Assembly (NCBI GenBank): GCA_020859845.1
Contig: JAJBVL010000029.1
Span: forward strand, 2,574 to 66,573
DNA: 64,000 nucleotides
Reading direction: 5' to 3'
Origin: Bacteroidales bacterium
GTDB taxonomy: Bacteria; Bacteroidota; Bacteroidia; Bacteroidales; Muribaculaceae
A program made the translations under genes and the position numbers. Numbering within the stretch: position 1 is the stretch's first letter; the number at the start of each line of letters is the position of its first letter. The notes under the pieces are model-generated. The model had not been told where the DNA came from, made no database searches, and was given only the letters and a program-made list of their open reading frames with translations. This document shows, one piece after another, positions 44,138 to 53,878 of this stretch.

Positions 44138-44953
44138 TTAATGGGTGTGGATCTTTAGATGGCGCGGCTGGAAGAAATGGTTGACTGGGCCATGGCCGTG
44201 GCCTATGACCACAGATGCTCCGCTTCGCAAGGCGCGAGTGACATAGAGTTTGGCTTGGCTCACTGCCTGCTCCAGAGTGTAGCCAAGCGCCAGATAGGTG
44301 GCGATGGCCGAGGAGAGTGTGCAGCCGGTGCCATGGGTGTTGCGTGTCTTCACAGCGTCGGCCTGGAGGGGGATGAGCCTTTGGCTTCCTTCCAGCACGA
44401 GATAGTCGATCTTCACATCGCTGCGCTCGCTGTCGCCCCCCTTGAGCAGCACGTTGCTACACCCCATGGCTCGAAATGCCTGCGCTTGCTCCTGGGGATT
44501 GTCAACGCCTGTCAAGGCGCATGCCTCGGCCACGTTGGGCGTAATAAGGGTGGCCAGGGGGAAGAGACGCTTCTTTATCACCTCGATGGCGTCCTCGGTC
44601 ATCAGTCGCGCTCCCGAGGTGGCCATCACCACGGGGTCAACTACCACAGGGACGTCGTGGTGGCGCTCCAGACAAGCGGCTACGCGCTCCACTATCTCGC
44701 GGCTGTATAACATGCCTGTCTTGACGGCGAGAGGAGGGATATCGGTCCACACCATCTCTATCTGCGCCTCTACTACCTCCGGGTCGACACCTTGGATGGC
44801 AGTGACGCCTGTAGTGTTTTGGGCCGTGATAGCCGTGATGGCCGTCATGGCGTAACCACCGATAGCCGATATAGTCTTTATATCGGCTTGAATGCCAGCA
44901 CCACCACATGAGTCGGAGCCAGCAATTGAAAGTATGGGATAGTATTGTCTCAT
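44138..44953 (-). CDS. thiD: Hydroxymethylpyrimidine/phosphomethylpyrimidine kinase.
   Basis: The 271-aa ORF contains SIAGSDSCGGAGIQADIKT and NTHGTGCTLSSAIA. Confidence 0.9.
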   Translation of the reverse strand: MRQYYPILSIAGSDSCGGAGIQADIKTISAIGGYAMTAITAITAQNTTGVTAIQGVDPEVVEAQIEMVWTDIPPLAVKTGMLYSREIVERVAACLERHHDVPVVVDPVVMATSGARLMTEDAIEVIKKRLFPLATLITPNVAEACALTGVDNPQEQAQAFRAMGCSNVLLKGGDSERSDVKIDYLVLEGSQRLIPLQADAVKTRNTHGTGCTLSSAIATYLALGYTLEQAVSQAKLYVTRALRSGASVVIGHGHGPVNHFFQPRHLKIHTH

Positions 44954-44957
44954 TGTC

Positions 44958-45055
44958 TCTTTCCTACGTCGGTATTATCCGCATCAGGTTCGAAGGGTAT
45001 GTATCTCAGCCGTCATCTAAGAAAAAAATTTAACTTAAAAGCGGCACCCCTGGAA
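44958..45055 (-). promoter_or_regulatory. TPP (THI-box) riboswitch in the leader of the thi operon.
   Basis: The minus strand reads GGGGTGCCGC...GGCTGAGATACATACCCTTCGAACCTGATGCGGATAATACCGACGTAGGAAAGAG. It carries the conserved CTGAGA, ACCTGAT and GGATAATACC blocks and ends 4 nt before the thiD ATG. Confidence 0.9.
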
Positions 45056-45065
45056 AACGTTGCTG

Positions 45066-45073
45066 CAAAGTTA
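45066..45073 (-). promoter_or_regulatory. TAnnTTTG promoter motif for the thi operon.
   Basis: CAAAGTTA on the plus strand reads TAACTTTG on the minus strand, about 10 nt upstream of the riboswitch 5' end. Confidence 0.55.
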
Positions 45074-45085
45074 CAAAAATTATTA

Positions 45086-45093
45086 TTAATTTT
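45086..45093 (+). promoter_or_regulatory. TAnnTTTG promoter motif for the men operon.
   Basis: TAATTTTG lies 57 nt upstream of the menD ATG at 45150. Confidence 0.5.
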
Positions 45094-45149
45094 GCAAAGT
45101 ATATACTACAAGATGTAAAGATGTACACCTTTGTACAAAATCAGATGTG

Positions 45150-46835
45150 ATGGAAAGCACGGATAAGAGAGTTTGCCATGAACTGACGGCCGTTCTGGTC
45201 GCCAACGGAGTGAGGCGCGTCTTCATCTCGCCAGGGAGCCGTAATGCCCCTATCATCGTGGCGATAGCTCGTTGCAAGGAGCTTCAGCCGACGGTGGTTA
45301 TCGATGAGCGCAGCGCTGCCTTCATGGCGCTGGGCTATGCATCGGTGTCGGGAGAGGCAGTGGCTCTCGTGTGTACCTCTGGCACCGCCCTCCTCAACTA
45401 TGCTCCGGCCATTGCAGAGGCCTACTATCGGCGTGTGGCGCTGATAGTGGTGAGCGCCGACCGTCCTATGGAGTGGATTGACCAAGACGACTCTCAGACG
45501 ATACGCCAAGCAGGCGCTCTCCACAACTATGTGAAACTCTCTTGTGACATACCCGAAGCCACAACGGCCAATCTTCTCTGGTATGCCAATCGCCGTATCA
45601 ACGATGCGGTGCTGGCAGCGGTGACCGGCAGGCGTGCACCTGTGCATATCAACCTCCAGCTCGACGTGCCACTCGGACGGCTTGCCGACTATAGTCCGGG
45701 AGCCGAGCGCATAATACGTATCGTAGAACCCCGACAAGACTTGACGGTGGCTGAAGTGAGGCAAATGAGCCTCGACTTGGCCTCACCACGCCGAGTAATT
45801 ATTGTGGCAGGCTTCTATCCACCGGATAGCCGTCTCAACAAGGCTCTCTGCCGCATGGCGCAAAAACGCAATGTAGCGGTGTTGACGGAGACAATCTCCA
45901 ATCTCCACGGACGCGACTTCATAAGCCGTATCGACACCACCCTCAGCGCCATGAGTGCAGACGAGCTGGAAGAGCTGCGTCCCGATGTGGTCATCACCCT
46001 CGGTGGGGCCCTTGTGTCGCGCCATATTAAGGAATATCTGCGGCGCTACAAGCCGCAGGCCCACTGGCATGTGGGAATAGCCCACACTACCATCGACTGC
46101 TTTCAGGGGCTGACCCTGAGGGTGGAGATGGACGCTGGCCTCTTCTTCCAACAATTGGCAGCGGCCATGCAGCCCCATTGCGAGCCCAGCCACTACGGCG
46201 ACCGCTGGCTCCACTTTGCCCGAAAGGGAGAGGCGCTACATCAAGCCTACGTGGCGCGCGCCCCATGGACCGACCTCAAGGCATTTGCCACCCTTTTCCC
46301 CCTCATTCCTCGCCGCTGGAATCTGCAACTCTCCAACGGCACGGCCGTGCGCTACGCCCAACTCTTTGGCGACCAGAAGCAGCATCGCGTGGACTGCAAC
46401 CGTGGCGTCAGCGGCATCGATGGCTCTACCTCGACCGCTATCGGGGCCTCGCTGGCCTATCAAGGCGATGCCACGCTCCTCATCTCAGGCGATATGAGCG
46501 CCAGCTACGATGTGGGTGCCTTGGGCTTGAGAGCCGTAGGCGGTCGCTTCAAAATGATAGTAATAATGAACGGCGGAGGCGGCATCTTTCGCTTCATAGC
46601 CTCTACGCGCCATCTGGAGGAGGTGGACCAGTATCTCTCCACCGAGCCTTTGCTTCCCCTCAAGGAACTCGCCAAGGGCTATGGGTGGGACTACTACGAA
46701 GCCCATAGCGAAGAAGAGCTAAGAGCTGCTTTCCCGGCCTTTGCAGCGCCCAGCGAGCGCCCAGCGCTCATGGCCATCCACACTCCCAGCCAGCTCAGCG
46801 CCGACATACTCACAGGCTACTTTAATCCTCTATAA
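45150..46835 (+). CDS. menD: 2-succinyl-5-enolpyruvyl-6-hydroxy-3-cyclohexene-1-carboxylate synthase.
   Basis: It is a ThDP enzyme with N-terminal [10 protein letters not shown] and a GDMSASYD ThDP-binding motif, followed by menB/C/E. The ORF-track start at 45147 is GTG, and the ATG is at 45150. Confidence 0.88.
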   Translation: MESTDKRVCHELTAVLVANGVRRVFISPGSRNAPIIVAIARCKELQPTVVIDERSAAFMALGYASVSGEAVALVCTSGTALLNYAPAIAEAYYRRVALIVVSADRPMEWIDQDDSQTIRQAGALHNYVKLSCDIPEATTANLLWYANRRINDAVLAAVTGRRAPVHINLQLDVPLGRLADYSPGAERIIRIVEPRQDLTVAEVRQMSLDLASPRRVIIVAGFYPPDSRLNKALCRMAQKRNVAVLTETISNLHGRDFISRIDTTLSAMSADELEELRPDVVITLGGALVSRHIKEYLRRYKPQAHWHVGIAHTTIDCFQGLTLRVEMDAGLFFQQLAAAMQPHCEPSHYGDRWLHFARKGEALHQAYVARAPWTDLKAFATLFPLIPRRWNLQLSNGTAVRYAQLFGDQKQHRVDCNRGVSGIDGSTSTAIGASLAYQGDATLLISGDMSASYDVGALGLRAVGGRFKMIVIMNGGGGIFRFIASTRHLEEVDQYLSTEPLLPLKELAKGYGWDYYEAHSEEELRAAFPAFAAPSERPALMAIHTPSQLSADILTGYFNPL

Positions 46836-46884
46836 GCCTTATAAGCCCCATAAGGCTCATAAGGCTTATAAGCCCCATAAATCC
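46831..46884 (+). repeat. Six tandem nonamers (TATAAGCCY / CATAAGGCT) between menD and menB.
   Basis: Units start at 46831, 46840, 46849, 46858, 46867 and 46876. Each carries a TAA in the menD frame. The units are mutually reverse-complementary; GGCTTATAAGCC is a 12-nt palindrome. Confidence 0.95.
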
Positions 46885-46905
46885 CCCATTAACCCACAAG
46901 AAATC

Positions 46906-47724
46906 ATGCGTACCTGGACCCCCATCAAGCAATACGAAGACATCCTCTTCGAGCGATATGGCAAGATAGCCAAGATAACCATCAACCGCCCCCAAGTGTA
47001 CAACGCCTTTCGCCCTCAGACCAACCGCGAGATGCTCGATGCCATGGCCTACTGTCGAGAGGCCTCAGATATCGGTGTCATCATCCTCACGGGCGCTGGC
47101 GACAAAGCCTTCTGTTCGGGAGGCGACCAGAAGGTGAAAGGCATCGGCGGATACATCGACGAGCAGGGCGTGCCTCGCCTCAATGTGCTCGACCTCCACA
47201 AGGCCATCCGCAGCATTCCCAAACCCGTGATAGCCATGGTCAACGGCTATGCCATAGGAGGAGGCCATGTGCTCCACGTGGTCTGTGACCTGACGATAGC
47301 CGCCGACAGCGCCCGCTTCGGCCAGACAGGTCCAAAGGTGGGTAGCTTCGACGCCGGATTTGGCTCCTCCTACCTCGCTCGCTGCGTAGGGCAGAAGAAG
47401 GCCCGCGAGATATGGTTTCTCTGCCGGCAATACACTGCCGAGGAGGCCGAGGCCATGGGCATGGTCAACAAGGTAGTGCCACTGGAGCGCCTCGAAGACG
47501 AGACAGTGGAGTGGGCCGAGACCATCCTCAAGCGCAGCCCCATGGCCATACGCATGATAAAGCGCGCTCTCAACGCCGAACTTGATGGCCAGCGAGGCAT
47601 GATGGAGTTTGCCGGCGACGCTACTCTGATGTATTATCTTATGGCCGAGGCTCAGGAAGGCAAGAATGCCTTTTTGGAGAAACGCGACCCCGACTTTGAC
47701 CAATTCCCTAAATTTCCTGGCTAA
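46906..47724 (+). CDS. menB: 1,4-dihydroxy-2-naphthoyl-CoA synthase.
   Basis: It belongs to the crotonase family, with [23 protein letters not shown] and [11 protein letters not shown]. The ORF-track start at 46741 translates the nonamer repeat. Confidence 0.92.
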   Translation: MRTWTPIKQYEDILFERYGKIAKITINRPQVYNAFRPQTNREMLDAMAYCREASDIGVIILTGAGDKAFCSGGDQKVKGIGGYIDEQGVPRLNVLDLHKAIRSIPKPVIAMVNGYAIGGGHVLHVVCDLTIAADSARFGQTGPKVGSFDAGFGSSYLARCVGQKKAREIWFLCRQYTAEEAEAMGMVNKVVPLERLEDETVEWAETILKRSPMAIRMIKRALNAELDGQRGMMEFAGDATLMYYLMAEAQEGKNAFLEKRDPDFDQFPKFPG

Positions 47725-48782
47725 TGGCTGACCTTGAGATAGCATACTCGCCCTATACACTGAGGTTTAAGGCACCCGCCACCACCTCGCGGGCCACGAT
47801 GACTGTGAAGGACACCTATTTTATTAAGGTGTATGACCCCGCAGCGCCTGAGCGCTATGGTCTGGGGGAGTGTGCTCTCTTCCGTGGGCTGAGCATGGAC
47901 GATGTGCCTGTCTACGAAGAGACTCTTCAAGCCCTCTGTCGCAACAACCGCGAGGGCAAGACGACCGACCTCAGCCTCTTCCCCTCGATAACCTTTGGGC
48001 TGGAGACGGCCCTCCACGACTATATTAACGGATGTGAGCGCCGACCATTCCCTACGCCTTGGAGCGACGGGGAAGGAGCTATAGAGACCAATGGCCTCGT
48101 GTGGATGGGCTCTATCCAAGAGATGACGGAGCGAATGGCCCAAAAGGTGAAGGAGGGTTTTCGCTGCGTGAAGGTGAAAATCGGAGCCCAGGACTTCAAC
48201 CGCGAGCTGCAGATGCTCGACGAACTGAGGTGTAGCTATGGGCCCGACGTGATCGAGCTGCGCCTCGATGCCAACGGTGCTTTCTCGCCCGAGGAAGCCC
48301 TTGACCGACTGGAGCGCCTCGCGGTGCTCGACATCCACTCCATAGAGCAACCGATAGCTCCCCGCCAATGGGACAAGATGTCGTATCTCTGCGAGAACAG
48401 CCCTATACCTATAGCTCTCGACGAAGAGCTCATAGGCATCACTGATAGCGACGCCAAGCGCAAGATGCTTTACTATATCTCTCCACGCTACATTATCCTC
48501 AAGCCTGCCTTATGTGGAGGGATTGCTGGCGCCGAAGATTGGATATCGATAGCAGCCTCGCTGGGCATTGACTGGTGGGCTACGTCGGCTCTCGAATCCA
48601 ATGTGGGTCTTAACGCTATAGCTCAGTGGGCAAGCACCAAGGAGCTAAAACGAGTGCAAGGCCTCGGCACTGGTGGTCTTTACATTAACAACGTCTCGTC
48701 TCCGCTGGTGATGAAAGGTCCCCGCCTGGCCTACGACACCTCGCAGAGATGGGAGATACCACAATTGGAATGGCAGCAATAA
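47724..48782 (+). CDS. menC: o-Succinylbenzoate synthase (enolase superfamily).
   Basis: It contains KVKIG, LRLDANGAF, IEQP and LDEEL metal-ligand blocks. Its start overlaps the menB stop as TAATG. Confidence 0.75.
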   Translation: MADLEIAYSPYTLRFKAPATTSRATMTVKDTYFIKVYDPAAPERYGLGECALFRGLSMDDVPVYEETLQALCRNNREGKTTDLSLFPSITFGLETALHDYINGCERRPFPTPWSDGEGAIETNGLVWMGSIQEMTERMAQKVKEGFRCVKVKIGAQDFNRELQMLDELRCSYGPDVIELRLDANGAFSPEEALDRLERLAVLDIHSIEQPIAPRQWDKMSYLCENSPIPIALDEELIGITDSDAKRKMLYYISPRYIILKPALCGGIAGAEDWISIAASLGIDWWATSALESNVGLNAIAQWASTKELKRVQGLGTGGLYINNVSSPLVMKGPRLAYDTSQRWEIPQLEWQQ

Positions 48783-48790
48783 TAGATGGA

Positions 48791-49762
48791 ATGATTTCGG
48801 CCGATGTGGAGGCCTTTCTGCGCGAATGGGACAGCGCCACCCCTTATGTCGAGGCACACACCTCAGGCTCTACGGGGCGGCCAAAAAACGTGTGCCTGTT
48901 CAAAAGCGATATGCAACAGAGCGCCCGCGCCACATGTCAATATTTCGGGATAGACTCTCAGAGCCACCTCTTCTTGCCTCTCAGCGTGGGATATATAGCT
49001 GGCAAGATGATGGTGGTGAGGGCGCTGGTGAGTGGGGCTACGCTATGGAGCGTGAATCCCAGCCGCCACCCTTTGAAGTGGCTTGAAGAGCAGGGCGTGG
49101 AGCAACCGATGGATCTCACCTCGATAGTGCCTGCACAGGTGGAAGGTCTACTCCAAAGCTCGAAGCGCCACCTAGTCAGGCGCTTGCTGATAGGAGGCGC
49201 ACCTTTGACCCCTCGCCAAGAAGAAAGAATCGTGGCCTCGGGGATTGAGGCTCACTGCTCGTATGGGATGACAGAGACGTGTAGCCATGTGGCGCTAAGG
49301 CGTGTAGGCGGTGATGGCCTCTATGAAGCTATGCCGGGAGTGACATTCTCCGTCGACGAGCGGGGTTGCTTGGTGGTGGAATGTCGGCATTTGAGTGTGG
49401 GTCGTCTGGTGACCAACGATGTGGTGGAACTGCGCAGCCCCTCCTCCTTTCGCTGGCTGGGGCGTTATGACAACGTGATCAATACGGGCGGTATAAAGGT
49501 GATGGCTGAAGAGATAGAGCGGGCCTTGCGTCCATTGCTGGGCGAGGAACTCTACTATGTCTATGGGGAGGATGATGAGGAGTGGGGCGAGCGTCCAGTG
49601 CTGGTAGTGGAGCGCGGTGCTTTGGGCGAGGATGCCCAGAGGATAGTGGAAGAGGCCCGCCAACTGATGCCCCACTATATGGTGCCACGGCGCGTGGAGG
49701 AGGTTGGAAAGATACATCTTAGCCAGCGAGGGAAGATTATGCGACGAAAGGGGGTAGATTGA
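48791..49762 (+). CDS. menE: o-Succinylbenzoate-CoA ligase (AMP-binding).
   Basis: It contains TSGSTGRPK and YGMTET and lies in the men operon. The start is uncertain; in-frame ATGs are at 48749, 48770 and 48791. Confidence 0.75.
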   Translation: MISADVEAFLREWDSATPYVEAHTSGSTGRPKNVCLFKSDMQQSARATCQYFGIDSQSHLFLPLSVGYIAGKMMVVRALVSGATLWSVNPSRHPLKWLEEQGVEQPMDLTSIVPAQVEGLLQSSKRHLVRRLLIGGAPLTPRQEERIVASGIEAHCSYGMTETCSHVALRRVGGDGLYEAMPGVTFSVDERGCLVVECRHLSVGRLVTNDVVELRSPSSFRWLGRYDNVINTGGIKVMAEEIERALRPLLGEELYYVYGEDDEEWGERPVLVVERGALGEDAQRIVEEARQLMPHYMVPRRVEEVGKIHLSQRGKIMRRKGVD

Positions 49763-49773
49763 CGTTTTTTTAT

Positions 49774-49781
49774 TAACTTTG
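49774..49781 (+). promoter_or_regulatory. TAnnTTTG promoter motif.
   Basis: TAACTTTG lies 78 nt upstream of the ATG at 49859. Confidence 0.4.
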
Positions 49782-49858
49782 CACGCCGTAAGGCAATGGC
49801 TGAACTTTTATATCGGCCTACTCCTTTATATACTAGTAACTCTAAATGAATCACTAGC

Positions 49859-50749
49859 ATGAAAAAAACGATTAAAAGCAGCGGCCATTCATCTCTCCTA
49901 CTCCTCGTGGCTGCTCTGCTGACGGCTTCTCTGACGACAGGATGTGGCTCTATGAAGAAGTCGGTGAAGACCAACGACAATAACCAAGTGGTGACCTCCA
50001 CAATCAACGATACCGAGGCCGTTATCAACCAAGTGCTCTATGGCGAATGGACCATCTCGAATGTCAACGGACGCGAGGTGACAGGCGACGAGCGCCCTTA
50101 CCTCGTATTTGACACCACGGCCACCAATCCTTTTATCCTTAAGTATTACGCCAACAACGGCTGTAACATTCTCAATGGCCAAGTGGGCGTCACTGCCGGC
50201 GGCGAGATGCGCAAGGCCAGCGAAGGATTGTCGACAATGCGTTTTTGCCCCGATGCCCCCTATGAGACAGGTATTACGATGGCCTTGGAGACTGTCCACA
50301 ACTATGCTATCGACCGCATTGGCTCCGACTACGTGCTTTATCTCAAGGACGCGGTGGGCAAGACCACGATGACCTTGGTGAAGAGCAACATCAGTTTTCT
50401 CAACGGCGCGTGGACCGTCACCCGCCTCGGCAATGAGACCTTCACCACCAGCGGCGACGACGTGCCTCAGATGGTGATTGACATCCCCGAACTGAAAGTG
50501 CATGGTAACACGGGCTGCAACGTGATGAACGGCAACATCTTTATCGACCCCGCCAAAGCCAACTCCATACAATTTCGCGACCTCGCCACATCGCGCAAGG
50601 CATGCCCCGATATGCAGCGTGAGCAAGCATTCTTGGTGGCTCTGGAGCAGGTGGAGAGCGCGGTCCCAGGCGCGTCGGACGATGTAGCCATTATGAAGGA
50701 TGCCATGGGGCGCGAAGTGATGCAGCTCCAGCGCCTTCAGCTAAAGTAA
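49859..50749 (+). CDS. Lipoprotein with two META (HslJ-like) domains.
   Basis: It has a lipoprotein signal (LTTGC). Two repeats of the pattern W.I..vnG.....GCN..nG occur (GCNILNGQ, GCNVMNGN). Confidence 0.65.
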   Translation: MKKTIKSSGHSSLLLLVAALLTASLTTGCGSMKKSVKTNDNNQVVTSTINDTEAVINQVLYGEWTISNVNGREVTGDERPYLVFDTTATNPFILKYYANNGCNILNGQVGVTAGGEMRKASEGLSTMRFCPDAPYETGITMALETVHNYAIDRIGSDYVLYLKDAVGKTTMTLVKSNISFLNGAWTVTRLGNETFTTSGDDVPQMVIDIPELKVHGNTGCNVMNGNIFIDPAKANSIQFRDLATSRKACPDMQREQAFLVALEQVESAVPGASDDVAIMKDAMGREVMQLQRLQLK

Positions 50750-50765
50750 GAGATAACGCAGAATA

Positions 50766-51467
50766 ATGATACGACGTTTCAACCCCTTATCCTCCTCTCC
50801 TCAGCCCACTCGGCCCGACCGTGGCAACGGAGGCTCCGATGGCTCACAGGACCCTCAGCGCAAGCGTTGGGGCTTTGGCAAGCTATTGCTCGTCAACTTG
50901 GCTGCCATAGCTTTGACAGCCTGCCTCGTAGGATGGCTGGCATTGGTGTGGCTCGACAGTTGGACCGACCATGGCCACTATGAGGTGGTGCCAGAGGTGA
51001 AAGGTCTTACCTACGACGTTGCCTCGCAGCGACTGACCGACGCCGGCTTTCTGCCAGAGCTAAGCGACTCGGTCTACGACTCCAAGACGCGTCCTGGCAC
51101 TGTGCTCGACCAGAACCCCAAGGTGGGGACAAAGGTAAAGGAGGGGCGCGTGGTGTATCTCACTATCACTTCCTTCTCTCCCAAGATGGTGACCCTGCCA
51201 GGACTCAACGATGTGTCGCTACGCCAAGCGCGCTCGGTGCTCGAAGGTCTTGGCATCTATCGAATCAATGTAGAGTATGTCCCTTCAGAGTTTAAGGACT
51301 TAGTGTTGGCGGTCACTCATGATGGCCGTCGTATCACTGCTGGAACTCGCCTTCCGGTTACTGCCACTGTCACCTTGGAGGTAGGGGAAGGAATAAATGA
51401 ATATAGCGACTCGCTCAGCGATGCCCTTACGATGGGCGCTCTGTCGGAGTTTCCAGAAGAACAGTAG
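50766..51467 (+). CDS. PASTA-domain membrane protein.
   Basis: It has an N-terminal TM segment followed by PASTA-like modules (VPEVKGLTYDVASQRLTDAGF, LPGLNDVSLRQARSVLEGLG). Confidence 0.7.
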   Translation: MIRRFNPLSSSPQPTRPDRGNGGSDGSQDPQRKRWGFGKLLLVNLAAIALTACLVGWLALVWLDSWTDHGHYEVVPEVKGLTYDVASQRLTDAGFLPELSDSVYDSKTRPGTVLDQNPKVGTKVKEGRVVYLTITSFSPKMVTLPGLNDVSLRQARSVLEGLGIYRINVEYVPSEFKDLVLAVTHDGRRITAGTRLPVTATVTLEVGEGINEYSDSLSDALTMGALSEFPEEQ

Positions 51468-51524
51468 ATAGAGAGATAGAAGATAGAGAGATAGAAGATA
51501 CAGAGAGATAGAAGACAGAGAGAC
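51465..51524 (+). repeat. Tandem 15-nt repeat ATAGAGAGATAGAAG (GATAGA family), starting at the stop codon.
   Basis: Perfect units lie at 51468-51482 and 51483-51497, followed by two degenerate units. TAGs in the upstream gene's frame lie at 51465, 51477 and 51492. Confidence 0.95.
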
Positions 51525-51544
51525 ATTTCTATACGATATAGAAT

Positions 51545-52642
51545 ATGGATAAGGAAGACTACGAGATTTACGAAGACGAAGCGTTGGAAGGCGCTGAGAC
51601 CGACGCCTTAGCCGATGGAGCTGATGGCGACGGCCTTTATGAGCATTTTCGCTTCGTGGCCGACAAAGGTCAGCAGCTGCTGAGGGTCGACAAGTTTCTC
51701 GTAGCTCGGTTGGAGCACGCCTCGCGCAACCGTGTGCAGCAAGCGGCGGAGGCGGGGTGCATCTTGGTTAATGGACGCCCAGTGAAGTCCAACTACCGAG
51801 TGAAGCCTCTCGACGTAGTGTCAGTAGTGATGGATCGTCCGCGTTATGAGCTGGAGATTCTCCCTGAAGACATACCCATTGATATCGTCTATGAGGATGC
51901 TGACCTGCTGGTAGTCAACAAACCTGCAGGCCTCGTGGTGCATCCCGGCCATGGCAACTACAGCGGTACGCTGGTCAACGCCTTGGCTTGGCACTTTAAG
52001 GACAATCCCGACTATGACGTTAACGACCCTCGCATGGGACTCGTGCACCGCATCGACAAGGACACTTCTGGACTGCTTGTCGTGGCCAAAACTCCCGATG
52101 CCAAGACTGCACTTGGACGCCAATTTTTTGAAAAGACCACTCGCCGAGAGTATGTGGCAGTCACATGGGGTGTGCCGGACCCACGCGTGGGCACCATCAC
52201 AGGCAACATAGGGCGCAACCCCAAGGACCGCCTGCAGATGACCGTGTTTCCTGACGGCTCCGACGGCAAGCACGCAGTGACCCACTACGAAGTGATAGAG
52301 GCTCTGGGCCCTGTGGCGGTCGTGAAGTGTAGGTTGGAGACGGGGCGCACCCATCAGATACGAGTCCACATGAAGTATATCGGTCACCCGCTGCTCAACG
52401 ATGCCCGCTATGGAGGCGATGAGATACTGCGCGGTGAGCGTTCGGCGAGTTATCGTCAGTTTGTGGCCAACACCTTTGCCGTCTGCCCTCGCCAAGCCCT
52501 TCATGCTCGCACCCTCGGCTTTCGCCATCCGCGCACAGGCCAGGAACTCGACTTTAGCTGCCCCATACCCGAAGATATGACCCAAATGATAGAGCGTTGG
52601 CGCACGTATGTGGGCGGAAAAAGCTCTAAAATGGATTTTTAA
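51545..52642 (+). CDS. rluD: RluA/RluD-family 23S rRNA pseudouridine synthase.
   Basis: It has an S4 domain plus the HRIDKDTSGLLVVAK catalytic motif. Confidence 0.88.
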   Translation: MDKEDYEIYEDEALEGAETDALADGADGDGLYEHFRFVADKGQQLLRVDKFLVARLEHASRNRVQQAAEAGCILVNGRPVKSNYRVKPLDVVSVVMDRPRYELEILPEDIPIDIVYEDADLLVVNKPAGLVVHPGHGNYSGTLVNALAWHFKDNPDYDVNDPRMGLVHRIDKDTSGLLVVAKTPDAKTALGRQFFEKTTRREYVAVTWGVPDPRVGTITGNIGRNPKDRLQMTVFPDGSDGKHAVTHYEVIEALGPVAVVKCRLETGRTHQIRVHMKYIGHPLLNDARYGGDEILRGERSASYRQFVANTFAVCPRQALHARTLGFRHPRTGQELDFSCPIPEDMTQMIERWRTYVGGKSSKMDF

Positions 52643-52677
52643 ATGGCAAAAATGCCCAAGGATTGCAAAAAAAGTTG

Positions 52678-52685
52678 TAATTTTG
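52678..52685 (+). promoter_or_regulatory. TAnnTTTG promoter motif.
   Basis: TAATTTTG lies 21 nt upstream of the ATG at 52706. Confidence 0.45.
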
Positions 52686-52705
52686 ACCCACCCCACGAAA
52701 AATAT

Positions 52706-53878
52706 ATGATAACACCTCAAGAATTCAGTGATATAGCGCCTTTTGACGATAGCCAATTTCGTGAAAAGATGGCCCTCTTAGTCAAAGAGCCAGGATTTGA
52801 ACATGCGGTGCGCTATGTGTTGCCCGACGTTGACTTCCCCGAGTTTGTAAAGGTGCTTCTCTCGGTCCCCGACAAAGAGGAGTTCCAGATGAAGATAATG
52901 TACCCATTCCTGGAGATGCTGGCTCGAAAGACTACCTCGGGAGTGAGTGCCACCAATCTGGAGTCGCTCAGCCTCACAACCGCCTACACCTTCTTGACCA
53001 ACCATCGCGACATAGTGCTCGACGCTTCGTTTCTCAACCTCTGCTTTATGCGCAAAGGACTGCGCACATCGGAAGTGGCCATCGGCAACAATCTGCTTAT
53101 CTATGAGTGGATTACCGACTTGGTGAAACTCAACAAGAGCTTTATCGTGAAGCGCAATCTGCGCCTTACAAAGGCGCTGGAAGCCGCCAAGCAGCTCTCA
53201 GCGTATATCCACTATGCTGTGGCCGACAAGCACGAAAGCGTGTGGATAGCCCAGCGCGAGGGCCGCGCCAAGGATAGCAACGACCTGACGCAGGAGAGCC
53301 TCGTCAAGATGCTTGCCTTGGCTGGTGGAGGCACTGTGGCAGAGAATCTCTTGCCGCTCAACCTCGTGCCCGTATCTATCTCGTATGAGTATGACCCCAA
53401 CGACTATCTGAAGGCTCGCGAGTTTCTACTGCGCAAGCTCGACCCTGAGTTTAAGAAGTCGAAGCGCGACGATCTTTTCAGCATGGAGACGGGCCTCCTG
53501 CAATACAAAGGGCAGATCCACTTCACTATCTGCGACTGCATAAATCCAGAGCTTGAAAAGCTGAAGGAGATCGACGACCGCACAGAGGTGGTGAAACGCG
53601 TATGCACTATAATCGACAAAGCCATCCATCGTGGATATAAGATTTACCCCATCAACTATATAGCTGCCGACCTGCTCCATGGCTCTTCGGAGTATGCCGA
53701 GCATTACACACAGGAGCAAGTGAAGGAGTTTGAGACTTATATCAACGACCAGCTCTTCAAGGTAGACCTCTCCGACGTGTCGACCCTCGACCGCAGCTAT
53801 ATGCGCGAAATGATGCTGACGATGTACTCCAACCCTCTTAAAAACAAGCTGAAAGCCGAATGCGATTGCCAATCGTAA
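52706..53878 (+). CDS. Glycerolipid/lysophospholipid acyltransferase (PlsC-like).
   Basis: It has the NHRDIVLD HxxxxD acyltransferase motif. The ATG at 52706 is preferred over the track start at 52643 because a promoter motif lies between them. Confidence 0.65.
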   Translation: MITPQEFSDIAPFDDSQFREKMALLVKEPGFEHAVRYVLPDVDFPEFVKVLLSVPDKEEFQMKIMYPFLEMLARKTTSGVSATNLESLSLTTAYTFLTNHRDIVLDASFLNLCFMRKGLRTSEVAIGNNLLIYEWITDLVKLNKSFIVKRNLRLTKALEAAKQLSAYIHYAVADKHESVWIAQREGRAKDSNDLTQESLVKMLALAGGGTVAENLLPLNLVPVSISYEYDPNDYLKAREFLLRKLDPEFKKSKRDDLFSMETGLLQYKGQIHFTICDCINPELEKLKEIDDRTEVVKRVCTIIDKAIHRGYKIYPINYIAADLLHGSSEYAEHYTQEQVKEFETYINDQLFKVDLSDVSTLDRSYMREMMLTMYSNPLKNKLKAECDCQS

